The notes beneath the pieces are model-generated. The model was given only the letters and a program-made list of their open reading frames with translations, did no database searches and was not told the origin of the DNA. DNA of 63,529 nt, the filler included, from Octopus bimaculoides (lineage: Eukaryota), in assembly GCF_001194135.2 (NCBI RefSeq). It is 6 parts of 5 records of this genome, joined end to end, with 100 filler letters (N's around TTAATTAATTAA, not from the genome) between each part and the next. Parts side by side here need not be neighbours in the genome. Positions count along the whole stretch, not along the records: positions 1 to 6,115 come from NC_068981.1; positions 6,216 to 18,793 come from NC_068998.1; 4 more parts are not named here. One strand, 5' to 3'. This document shows, piece after piece, positions 1 through 12,200 of the stretch (positions are counted from its first letter, which is position 1; each line of letters opens with the position of its first letter). Made by a program: the position numbers and the translations under genes.

Positions 1-608
1 TATATATATATATATATATATATTTCCAAAAATGATTTCAAAGGGATGTGTAATCCTGGCAGTTACCATGTTTCCTCTTAAATCAGTTTTGTATGCCAGC
101 TAACCACAGCGAATGTTGGTGATACCTGAGTTAGCAATAAGTTGCTAGACTGGTAATTTTTCTCACTTGTTAAATCCGAGTGTCCAACTCAGGCCAGCAT
201 AGTTTCCGTAAAGTAAGTAGTAATTTTGATAATAACCAGAAGAAGGGAGGTTTTCCACATCTATAATTTTATTAAACAGTCATTTATTAGCATTCTTCTG
301 TGGACCTATGCACATTACAACTGCATCAACTGCACACTGTTAGATGTGCATCCTGGTATTATTGTCGGTACAGTATCATCAGGGTTCATTGTTTACAGCC
401 ATTTGAAGTTAAGCTGAAGAAATTAGTAAGTCGAATGAATATATTGTTTTTAGGTGTTGGTGTTACTATGAATGTATTTTTATTGAGCCTCAACTATTTG
501 ATATATGGATCTAAGTGTAGTCTCAAAATAGGCCAAGGGTAGAGGTTTATGCAGATTCATTACTACTGTGAGAAAACTTACTAATCTACACATTTCAAGG
601 AGAATTGT

Positions 609-724
609 CTTTTAAAGGTATCCATTTAATTTTCGTTTATTATTTGTTTTTACTTTTCCCAATTCTTTTTTAAAGGTATCCATTTAATTATGGTTTATTA
701 TTTGTTTTTTTCTTTTCACAATTG
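609..724. repeat. Tandem duplication of an approximately 57-bp AT-rich unit
   Basis: ttttaaaggtatccatttaatt..gtttattatttgttttt occurs twice. Confidence 0.85.
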
Positions 725-1649
725 TTATTCTAATGATTTATAATTTTCTTACTTAATTAAGTATAATGCGTTTATTTCAGTTTATTAAAAGTACATTTAT
801 TTTTATGAAGACAGTTTAAACCATGTTCCTGTCTACAGTTAATCAGATTGTATACGGGATGCAAACTCAGGCCCAAATTTTTTTACAAACAAGGCTGATT
901 TTGTTTTCAATCTTAATACAGGTATAATAATATTTTTTATTATTATACATGGACAAGTAATGCTTCAAGTCACTCCAAAAAATTTTCTATACTCCCTCAT
1001 TTTGGCAATGAAATTTACCAAGAGGATGTCTGAAGTCTTTTCATTGCATAAGATTTTATGTACATGCATTACAGCACACACTGTGTCAAACGATGTTGCA
1101 GCATAATTTTGAACCCAGCTCAATGCTTTGGAAACAAAAAAACATCCAGAATAACCTTAGTTAGTGTCTCCAAAGTGTAGTCATGATGAAATCTTTGTGG
1201 ACGTCCTGGTTTTCAGTAACATAACAACAATAACTGATACGTGTTACATTCCAGAGAAATCACGTATAATACCAATAAACATGGAATATTCAAACTTTTT
1301 TTCTGGTCTAATGAAAGGTGTTATGAACATATGCCTCTAAGATTTCATTTTATATGGTATCAGATAGGAAATTAACCCATCGTTTAGGCTGTTGACTTAC
1401 TTCTGCACTACATTCTTTAGCAAATTTCCTGTGACACATGTTAACTTTCTCTTCAAAGATGGAACTAGAAACTTCTTTTATTTTTTACTTAGGATATTCC
1501 TTGAAAGTTCTCTCCCGTTATTTGCGCAAAAATATTTTTCTACACATTTTTTTACACCCATTTGACTAGTTTTCCTTCGTTTTGGTGACCGGGCGCTAAA
1601 CTAGATACAGAAGGTTATGAGGGGGAAAAAATGGATCGTGTGAACTTTC

Positions 1650-2020
1650 CGACAGTCTTCTCCTCACCCCTTCGGAAAAACTTCCCCTCAAATTTCTTTA
1701 TAATCGTAATCTATGCTGTTTGAAAGGTGTTTCTGCAAAATTTCACTAATACGTATCCATTTTCCTGAAAGTTATGAGGGAAATATCGGATCTTTTGAAT
1801 TTTCCGAAAGTCCTCTCTCCACTCCACAGCCGTTCGTTTGCGCAAATTTTTTTCCATATTCGTTTCTACACATATTATTTTTTACACATAGCAGGCTGTT
1901 TTTTTTTTTTTTTTCGTTATTGGGTCTCAAACTGTATATTGACCGAATTTTTATAGAAATACCTTTCAAACGGCATAGATTACGATTACAAAGAAATTTG
2001 TAGGGAAAATGTTTTCCGAA
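1650..2020. mobile_element. Foldback-type repeat; related copies at about 2240-2390 and 4810-5340
   Basis: Shared motif acctttcaaacggcatagattacgattacaaagaaattt, inverted at about 1690-1742 vs 1948-2005. Confidence 0.65.
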
Positions 2021-2699
2021 GGGAAATGATGATAACGATGATGATGATGATGATGCTGATGATGATGATCATAATGATGGAGACAAAGAGATAGAGGAGG
2101 ATGGAGACATTCGGACAGATTATGTTGGAAGAAATCAGAATATGAAGTGTAATCGCGTAACAGAAAGAAACAAAGATGCAGAACTAGAAACAGAATTCCG
2201 ATTTTTTTCCCTCCTAATTTTCAGGAAAATTGGTATATTTTAATGAAAGTTTATACAAACACCTTTCAAACGGCATATATTACGATTATAAAGAAATTGG
2301 TGGGAGAAATTTTTTTCCGGGGGTTAGGGAGAAAAGTTCTGGAAAAACGGAGTTTCGGATCAGGGAGAACACATAAGTTTATTTTTTTNNNNNNNNNNNN
2401 NNNNNNNNNNNNNNNNNNNNNNNNNNNNNNNNNNNNNNNNNNNNNNNNNNNNNNNNNNNNNNNNNNNNNNNNNNNNNNNNNNNNNNNNNNNNNNNNNNNN
2501 NNNNNNNNNNNNNNNNNNNNNNNNNNNNNNNNNNNNNNNNNNNNAATGGAAATTTGGCTGTCATTTCTAGCACATCGCAAGACAACCCTACTCGTTTCTT
2601 TCTCATCCTCGTATGTACTGATGTTTTTCAATATTTTTCTCCCCATAATCACATTTATGCTATAAAAAAATCCCTCAAGATGAAGAAGATAGGCTGGGG

Positions 2700-3056
2700 A
2701 GTTAGTCATTAGACTGTGGCCATGCTGGGGCACTGCCTTGAGGAATTTTTAGTCGAATGAATCAACTCCAGTACATTGTTTTTTAAAGCTTGGTATTTAT
2801 TCTTTTGGCAAACTGCAAGCAGTGGTGGGGGGTGGGACAAACACGGACGCAAAGACACACACACAAACACGACGGGCTTTTTTCAGTTTCTGTTTGCTAA
2901 ATCCAGTCACAAGACTTTGGTCGACCCAAAGCTATTGTTGAAGACACTTGCCCAAAATGCCATGCAGTGGGACTGAACGCAGAACCATGTGGTTGGGAAG
3001 CAAGTGTCTTACCATACAGCTACGCCTGTACCAAATGGCTACGCCTGTGCCTATAT
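2700..3056 (-). mobile_element. tRNA-derived SINE (octopus-type family)
   Basis: Reverse complement of the GGCTGTGTGGTAAG..GGTTCAGTCCC..GGGCAAGTGTCTTC consensus seen at 23763. Confidence 0.85.
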
Positions 3057-3503
3057 AGCCATGCTTGCTCCCATAAGCCTCCTAAATTTTTCTAATCTTC
3101 CCCATTCCTGCTTCCAGGACCTGAAACTAGTCTTGTTACATATTACTAATTTTTTCCAGGTGTCACAGGTCCACGCGACCAAACAAAAAAATAAAAATAA
3201 AAAAGAGAGAAAAATGTGTGAACATTTTTAATCGAATGAAATGGTGAGCCTGGAATCCTCTCAAATAGGGACGTGTGAAGAAAATTAGATGTGTCTGACT
3301 CCAGTTGAAATTATGCGGTTGCACGAGTAACTTAAATCTATGGTTATGAATAGCAGAAGATGCAATATGATTAAATTCGATCTTGCAGAAAATAAGTTCG
3401 TTCACGAAGCATTTTTCAGAATAGAGGAGCTGTGCCGGTAACGGCAAAGTTCTTGTCATCGTTGGCAGCTCGCCTTACCAAGGTGTCAGGTGATGCCCAT
3501 GAG

Positions 3504-3791
3504 CAAGTGGTTCCCAAAGTGAGCGTTAATCCCCACTGGGGACGTTGGGGAAAAGTGGGGCGATAATGGGGTAGCGATTGATGTAAAAAGTGGGGTGATG
3601 GTAGGGTAGCGATTCATGTAAAAACAACAAAATAATGGCTTCATTACTTTAAGTTTATTTGTGGAATACAGTTGTTTTGAATTTGCTTCACAAAGAGGTC
3701 TATGTTTGTGATGGTTAGTTGGGGTGAGGGCGGTAGGAATGTGGTCTGGGTGTCAAGGAGGCAGCACCCTAAAAAAGTTTGGGAACCACTG
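3504..3791. mobile_element. hAT-type MITE
   Basis: Termini CA(A)GTGGTTCCCAAA / TTTGGGAACCACTG; 8-bp flanks cccatgag / cccctgac. Confidence 0.75.
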
Positions 3792-4470
3792 CCCCTGACT
3801 GTGCTTGACTGTTCCAACGCCTTAGCCTCGCCGTTGCCCTTGGTAATGTAGCGAGCGTGTTGGCTTGCTTCAGTAGGTTCTGTTGATCCCCTCAGTCGGT
3901 TCTATTAAACCAATCGAAGCACTTGGTGTTGCATTGATGTTTTATTTTACCCTTTTCCTTTCTTTTTTCTCTTTCATTTTCTCGTTCCCCTTTTCCCATT
4001 TTCACTTTTGGATATTGGTTAATCGGATATGTATACACCAACATTATACATACATTACACATGATTAGTTCTAACGATATTATAAAGTTGTCTCTGACTT
4101 TAAATAACAATAGAATAAATAAATTAGTAATTTTTAAAAATTTTAGTCTGGTAGCTGCAGTTTAACGTAGCTTTTAGATGAGGTACGAAAATATGACATT
4201 AAAAATGTTTTAAATACAACTATTTTATCTTGAATGCAAAACGAAAGTAACCGGTATAAAATACAAAGGTTATGTATTGCAAGCGTTAACCGTTTGACAT
4301 AAACAAAATGTGGCAGTAGGGCTGTTCCGTAACGATTATATAACAACAGTTTTTTTTAATTTCAAACAAGTGAATACATTGACTGATATTTTGTTTTGCG
4401 ACCCTTTATGAGTAAATAAGTAATACATTTTCTGCTCTAAAACTTAAATATAATACCTATCGTTTTGACG

Positions 4471-4718
4471 ATGTTGATAAATCGTGTTTTATCGAAAGTA
4501 TATAAGCGCCTGACCATGTCACTCGAAAATAGCATTACTTACACGCCGTCTAGTTCTTTACAATTTGATAGTTTAGTAAATTCACGTAAATACACTTCAT
4601 CTGAGACAGAAGTAGATTATTCTTCTCCCCAGAAATTTATGGAATCGCTTGGAGTTAAACCTGGGAAATTTATTGAATACGCGCTTGGAGTTACGAATGT
4701 GGAACCTGGTGTGTTTAG
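4471..4718 (+). CDS. Probable first coding exon of an unidentified gene, possibly a TesB/ACOT8-like acyl-CoA thioesterase with an N-terminal presequence
   Basis: ATG at 4471, 82 open codons, strong donor AG|gtaagt (phase 2), unique CpG-containing context; FIEYALGVTNVEPGVFR resembles the recalled TesB/ACOT8 N-terminal pattern (LLNLEKIEEGLFRG / VLNLEPLDEDLFRG); downstream exons not found. Confidence 0.55.
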
Positions 4719-6214
4719 GTAAGTTTAATGTTTTTTAGGCACATCGGTATTAATAGTAAAAGTTTTGTGACAAGGTTGCTGTTTTCGATTTTTTTCTTGT
4801 TTTGATTTCGACAATTGAGATTCAGATTTTACCATAAAGACTCATTTAAAAATATTAAAAAATATTTAATATCTTTTAGCAGAATCATTTGCCCGTCGGA
4901 CAAAATGTTTTGCAGCATTTCTTTTGGATTTACGCTCTGGGTTCAAATTCTGTCAAGGTCGCCTTTGCCTTTCACCAGTCAATATAAAGATCTTTATATT
5001 GACCACGAAATTTTATACAAATACCTTTCCAATGGTGTAAATTACGATTACAAAGAAATTTGTTGGCAAAATTTTTTGGAAAGGGGCGGGGACGAGGAGA
5101 GGAGTTTCAGCAAAACGGAGTTTCGGATTAGACGGCCCACACGTTTTATTTTCTCCGTTTTGACGGGGATTTTTCCATATTTTTTTTTCAACTCAGTCTT
5201 CGGAATGATGGGAGGCATCTTTTCACGAAAGAAAAAAGGAAAAAATTTATTATTTTTGTATCACTTCTGCCACCCTTGTCTGGACCGATTTTGACCAATT
5301 TTTGTCCTCCTACGCACTTAAAACCCGCGAGGGAAACATTTTCTGTTTAAAATATTTTGCGGAAAAATTGAATACAAGGATAAAAGAGGGAAGAAAAAGT
5401 AACAATGAAAGCAAGAGTGTTGCATATTTTTATGGGATGAAAGGACACGATGTTCCAACAACTGACAATTGATGCTGGTAGTTTATTCTANNNNNNNNNN
5501 NNNNNNNNNNNNNNNNNNNNNNNNNNNNNNNNNNNNNNNNNNNNNNNNNNNNNNNNNNNNNNNNNNNNNNNNNNNNNNNNNNNNNNNNNNTTGAACCCAA
5601 GATCACATGCTTGGGAAGCAAGCTCTTTAACCACACAGCCACACCTGTGCCTATAGTGAATAAAAGATCGTCATTGTAGGAGTTACTGTTTATTTTCCTT
5701 CTGTTTATATGTATTATATAAGCACCTCTTTATCTATGTTTGTCTTTTTCGATAAATCGTCAAAATTAAAAAGTTACAGCTATTTTCCCTCAGTGTCTAA
5801 TTCCAATGTCCACCAATCCTATGCTTCCCGAAATTCGCGAAACATTACACCTGGGGACCCGTTGCACCCTTTCCACTTAATGGCTCTTACTGTTCACTTT
5901 TTTCCTTTTATGTTTCATCCCATAAAAATATGCAACACTCTTGCTTTTCAAGGACACGATGTTCCAACAACTGACAATTGATGCTGGTAGTTTATTCTAT
6001 GCTTCAACAATTTGAGTGTGAAAATTATTTAATTAACTCTTTGAACATGGAATGCGGATATAAACACCTTTTACAAAAGACGATTTTTCAGATTCTGTTT
6101 TTTCTCCCACATATTNNNNNNNNNNNNNNNNNNNNNNNNNNNNNNNNNNNNNNNNNNNNTTAATTAATTAANNNNNNNNNNNNNNNNNNNNNNNNNNNNN
6201 NNNNNNNNNNNNNN

Positions 6215-6400
6215 NATGGATGTTCGTACACATGCGTCATACAGTCTGCCTTTTACTCTGAGTGAGAGTCCCTTTGTCGCCAGCAGAAGTAAGAGCTCTC
6301 TGAACTTTGCCCAGGCTATTCTTATTCTAGCAGTTACACTTTCAGCGTACCCACCCCGACTACTAACTTGAGAAATGCGCAAAACAAATGCTACCACAAT
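6215..6400 (-). mobile_element. RTE-type LINE RT C-terminal fragment
   Basis: ESVTARIRIAWAKFRELL..LATKGLSLRVKGRLYDACVR; nearly identical to 45170-45247. Confidence 0.88.
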
Positions 6401-6968
6401 TTATAATCTTTCCATTCTATCAATGTGCCATTGGAACACCAACACAAATTAGATTAAATAAGGAAACCTTCTTCATTCAAAAATATAAACCCAAACTTAA
6501 CCATTGCTAACACTTTTAAATAAGGAAATTCACCTCACTGAGAGAAAAAAATATAGAACAAAACCTAACATTCTATTGCCTCTAAACCAAACCATGATAA
6601 ATTAATCAAAATCTATCACCTCCTACATTTCGATTATCTCCCTTATACCGGAAAAAATCCCTGATTACCTCCCCCTATCTAGAACTCTATTATACACACT
6701 GGAGTGAAGACACGTTACGATACAAGTAGAGAAATTTGAAAAGACAACACAAAACCGGTTATTTCTCCAAATACAATGTTTATATACCCTAAATTTTATA
6801 ACAATTTTTTTTTCTGACATAACAATTTAAATATATACTTTAACCATGTAACACAAGCCTTCTGTAGTTTTTTCACTCTTGTTTATCTTTTATACATCCA
6901 ACCACGTGCTTTCACATACCAACTTTCTCACCTGTATATCTATCTATATATATATATATATTTTCCTT

Positions 6969-7141
6969 AGTGCTTATATGCCTCGTTATTAGACTATTTT
7001 CCTTAGTCATTGCACGGTGAACGCCATAAACTTTAAGCTTATATTAAAAAAATGGTATTTTTTTAATATAAGCTTAAAGTTTATGGCGTTCACCGTGCAA
7101 TGACTAAGGAAAATAGTCTAATAACGAGGCATATAAGCACT
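6969..7141. repeat. Perfect palindrome: 85-bp arms, 3-nt spacer
   Basis: 6969-7053 is the exact reverse complement of 7057-7141. Confidence 0.95.
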
Positions 7142-7344
7142 CGACAGGAAGAACAAGGCTTTCCTATCCGTGTGTGAAGGTAACACACACAGTCATGTTA
7201 ACAAAGGGATGTGGATTTGCGTCCCACACAGATGGGAAAGCCTTCTTTTTTCTGTCGAGGGCTTATATGCTCCGTTATTACACTATTTTCGTTTAGTCAT
7301 TGCACAGTGAATGGCATAACCTTTAAGCTTATATAAAAATACCA
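7053..7344. mobile_element. Long-TIR foldback MITE
   Basis: About 120-bp imperfect inverted arms (TGGTATTTT..TATAAGCTTAAAG..TCGACAG / CTGTCGAG..CTTTAAGCTTATATAAAAATACCA). Confidence 0.75.
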
Positions 7345-8280
7345 CTATATAAAAATTATATAAAAATACCATTATATATATATATGCTTACTATAGCCTC
7401 AGGCTGACCAAAATCTTGTGAGTGGATTTCGTACTCAGAAACTGAAAGAAGACTGTCGTATATATGTGTATATTTGTGTATGTGTGTGTCTGTGTCTTGT
7501 GTTTGTACCCCCACCATTCCTTGACAGCTGATGTTGCTGTGTTTACATTCCTGTAACTTAGCGGTTTGGTAAAAGACACTGACAGAATGAGCACTAGGCT
7601 TACAAAGAATAAATCTTGTGGTTGATTTCTTCGACCAACGACGGTCCTCCACCATGGCCACAGTCACAGGCCGGGTATCTCTGCTAGTATATAAATATAC
7701 ATAAAACGAGAGAAACAAATGGAAAACAGGACAAGTAACATAAAAACAACCCTTCATCAGTTGTCGGCTGTCTATCTACTTCTCACTTCGAGCATTGATC
7801 GACAATGAGTTTTTGAAGACAGCTGCTCCCATACATACCATAACATAATTTGGGATTTATGGAGGCTCAAAGTTATTAACAAAAACAGGAAATACAAGGA
7901 AACTGAACAAAAACAAACATAGAGGGTCGTTAGGCCATAACGAGGGTAAAATAGTGAACGCTGGAGAAATATTTTCTTTGCCAACAAAAAGGATAGAAGA
8001 GAGAGATATAGGATATGTCCATTCTTTAGGCCAGCCCCGAAAGAAAAGAAAGATGATCATATGAGGAAAAGAAAAATGGACGATGGTCACATGTGAGCAA
8101 TGAGAGAGTAAAGGAGAAAGAGACAGATAGCGAACAGTGAAGGGGAGAAAAAAGTGAAATAGAGAAGGGATGAGAGAGGAAACGATAGAGAGAAAAAAAC
8201 AGTATAGAGTCGCATCAAAGAAATTAAGATAAACTTACTTGGAAATGGATGTGTGGCATTCAGTCAAATAATAATATGCA

Positions 8281-8315
<35 letters not shown>

Positions 8316-8324
8316 CACTGACAT

Positions 8325-9000
8325 TTATAAGTAGCCATCTTTCCTGTTGAGAATGTAGTCAACTTGACTAGTGTGTCCACCACACTGAGAGGTGAACAGG
8401 TCACTAGCAGGTTTCCTTAAGTTAGTATTACAGATCATAAGATCATTTGCATCACAGAACTCCAGCAGCCTAGTTACCTCCAGAATGCGGGACCCAAATT
8501 TGTAGCCATCATGTACACTATGGTAGCTTCCTGGATCTTGTCCAACATAGCCATTGAAGTTGCCAGCCACAAAGAGAAGGTCCCTGTCATTTGTTGACAA
8601 GGTAGTCTGCAAGAAGGTGTCATAAAAACAGTCTTTCTGTTCATCAGGTAGGCCTGGCTGAGGGGCATAAGCTGAGATAATAGTTGCTAAACCATGATGC
8701 AGTACTAGTCTAAGCTTAAGTATTCTATCACAGATTCTGACTACCTCGATTACCTTATCCTTTTCTCTGCAAGAAGTATACCCATGCCCCCAACCCCATC
8801 AGTGGTCCCTGCCCAGAAAATCTTATACTTATGTTCTTTGCCTGTGAGGAACCAAGCATAACTTCCTCTCCACCTTAAGCATCTCACCAAATCTACCTTT
8901 CAATGTGCCAACTCTAAGGGTGTGAAAAGTGTGGGTCGGCGAGATGGGGAACAGCAGCATCTGTAAAGAAAACTCACATTTGGCAGACCTTGTAGACATA
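8325..9000 (-). mobile_element. RTE-type LINE AP-endonuclease fragment
   Basis: LFVAGNFNGYVG..HDGYKFG..LLEFCDANDLMICNT..SQVDYIL. Confidence 0.85.
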
Positions 9001-9282
9001 AAGCAGCCTTCAACCTACATACACTACACCATCATTTTATGCACTACATAATCACTACATTCCTTAGGAGATAAACACTAGGTAGGGGTGGGGGCAGCGT
9101 TCCATATAGTGAGCCATTGGAAGTGCTCAGGAGACATCTGGTAGCGGTCAGAGGAGAAAAACTTCCGTGAATTACAATGAGAAAATATGAGAAAGATATG
9201 GTATATCACATTTTTTGTGCAGGGGTTCCTTGAGACGTAATTTATTTTAAGGGGTACGTATGGGAAAAAAGGTCGAGAAACA

Positions 9283-12200
9283 CTGCTCCAGACTTTTTCC
9301 TTACATTTGCAAGCAATCCTAAGCGGACTGAAGTTACTGAAAATCTTTTGCCAGGGTAAAAACCCCATCGACAACACGGCTTAATCGTGAGGGTTTTCCA
9401 CATTAAGTTATTGAAATTCATGAACCTACTAACAAAGAATAAGATATTTGGAGAAGTTACCTGTCAAATGTATAATGTCGAATGGCAGAAAAAAGGCCTG
9501 CCACATGTGCACACATTGATTTAGTTGAAGGAAAAGTTGCACTCAACCCAAATTCACTGTTAGAAGTGCGGAGATTCCAAACCAGAATGTAGACAAACAA
9601 CTTTTCAACCCCGTCAAATTGCATGTGGTTCTTGGTCCCTATGGTCCTCAGAAACAATTCCCCAAGCATGATAAATGGCAAGTGCTCAAAAGAGTACACT
9701 AAACTTCACTTCTGAAATGCACACTGGACATGACAGGTATCCAACACACACGAAACAAACCAGGAGGCGGTGGATTTAATTTCGCTCTTTGGCCAGAGCA
9801 AAGGCCAGTCATTGTACATAACAGATAGATCGTCCTATATAGTCCTCTATTGCTACGAGTTACCAATGCACACATTAACGTGGAATTTTGCAACTCTGTT
9901 CACTCCAGGTATGTATGCAAATATATAAACAAAGGGTCCAACATGGCTGTCTTTGGCCTTTCAGGTGTTGATAGAGCCAATGAGGTACACCAATATCTAA
10001 TGGGCTGTATGCAAACGGTAATGAAGCCGCTTGGAGACTCCTTCATTTCCCCATCCATGACAGATATCTCACAGTTGTCCACCTCTCTGTTCATTTACAA
10101 AATGGCTAAAGAGTTTCTTTTGATCCAATAAATCCCGAAACAGTTAGAGGACAAATATATGTGCTACAGGCAATGACTCTCACAGCATTCTTTGAGCTGT
10201 GTAGATGTGACGCATTTACTGTGACCATCCTCTTCTAAGATGTACCAAAGTATTACACCTGGAAAAACCATGTTAAGAAGTGGAAGAGGAGAAACCTTGG
10301 TGAAACCCTGACAGGGCATCCACACATAAAAAAAAAAAGTAATGCTCTGGGTTGAGTTTCTACAGTTCATCCCCAAAACTTCGAATGCTATTGTCTCCAG
10401 ATGCTCCTCCACAAAGTTCCTGGATCAATGTCATTCTGAGAACTTAAAATAGTAAGCTCCATGATTTGCAAAACATTTTGACAAGCCTGCCAACTGCAAG
10501 GTTTTCTCAAAGATGGCGGTCACTGGAGTTTAGCTCTTTCTGACACAACAACCACATGCACAGCTTACCAACTAAGAAGATTCTTCACCATCAAGTTGTA
10601 CCATGGCATTTATCGAATCCACTACGACCTTGGGAAAACCACAAACACAACCCATCTAATGACATCCTTCATGAAGCTCAACGGTTGCATGGGCCAAGTG
10701 TTTCCTACTAGGACGCTAAATACACTGTAGCATTACAGCATCTAGAAAACACGCTTAATTCCATTGCTGGCAAAAGCTTATTTGACTAAGGCATTCCAAT
10801 ACCTTCAGCAGTCTTTCAAGAGAAGTCATTTGAGAAAGAGCATAAATCATGGATGCCCTGAAAAGGTAACTTGATGAAAGTGAACCATTACTGCAAGCTG
10901 AGCAAAGGTCTGTTTACAATGAAATAGTAGTGTCTACCTTGCAAGGAGAAGGACATCTTCATTGATGCACCAGGAGGCACCGTGAAAACATTTCTATTTT
11001 TCTGGCAAAAATAAAGTAGATAGGAAACATTGCAATTGCAGTCGCATCAGAGATAGTGGAAACTTTGCTAATCAGTGGATGAGCAGCTCACTCAACATTC
11101 AAATTGCCTTTCAATTTGACTTCAACAGATGCCTAAATGTGCAATATTTTAACCCTTTCGTTACTATATTTCTGACCAAAATACACCCCTCATGAGTTTC
11201 AATTAAATTCTAAAATAATCATGAATTTAGACTAGTCTCATTAAACACCTGTAACTTTTTTATTTATCAACATATTAATGTGATATTTATAACGTAATTA
11301 AAGAAAGGGTTCTTAATCAATTCTATTGCATAATTTTTGTCTCAAAGTTCTCCACGTACTGGGGTACTGCTAGTGTCTCTCACATGTAAATATTGGTTCA
11401 GCTTCACGAATCGTACTCGTTCATAATACTGGAAATATATTCATCGCCAAAAGGTTCCTGATCGCTCCAGTAATTTATTATTCTGGGTAACTGTCTAATA
11501 CCCATAATAATATTTATGGCAAAAAATGCCCGTATTTCATCTACAGTTGCAGGAAACCGCAAGCTATCTTTTTTTTCCGGCTTGTTTACATTCTGCGTAA
11601 CGGTTTGTTTCTGCGGTAATCATTTCAAACAAGCATGCTGGAAAAAATAAGAAAAAGTAGTCTAAAGGTTTCGCTTCCTGAGAAAGACTATGGGTAGACC
11701 CTGTCTCCTCAGAAGAATTGTTAATAAACATATTTTTAAAATCTTTACTCCATTCTGGTGTAAAATCATCCTCGCTGTCGCCGTCGCCGCTTTCAGAATC
11801 GCTGCTTTCAGTTTCGGATACAGAAATATCTGATTCATTATCGTTCACCACATGCTTTTGTAGATCATTCATTCTTTTCTTTGATATCTCCATATCTTCT
11901 GTTGAAAAACCTTCAAATTCGGAATCACTGCTTGATAGCATGAAACTCCTCTCCATCTTCAAAGTTGAAAAAAATTAACGCCGCAAAAAATGTGGAAAAA
12001 AATCTTCCAAAATTCACTGAGTTCAAATATCACGCCAAACAACGTCAGATACAATAACTCAACTGTTTGCAAAATGAAATCAGGTGTTTTAACGAATGTA
12101 CTAACGAGATTTGGGTTCAAATATACATTTAAATAACAATGGGTACTCTTGGCCGGCTACAGCCGGGTTGGACTTATGAACCAAAAAATTTTTCAGCCGG

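Noticed and set aside
2024-2241. Acidic open frame (NDDNDDDD..EIEEDGD..)
   Set aside because: Built on a (GAT)n microsatellite between foldback repeats; no start or splice support
6160-6171. TTAATTAATTAA embedded in N-runs (also about 18838, 44884, 58623, 61616), like a recurring conserved motif
   Set aside because: Always centred in fixed-size gaps and encodes stops in all six frames: a scaffolding filler, not biology
11564-11962. 132-aa acidic ORF as a domesticated PGBD gene
   Set aside because: Lies between intact TIRs/TSDs, frameshifts downstream and lacks the catalytic DDD region
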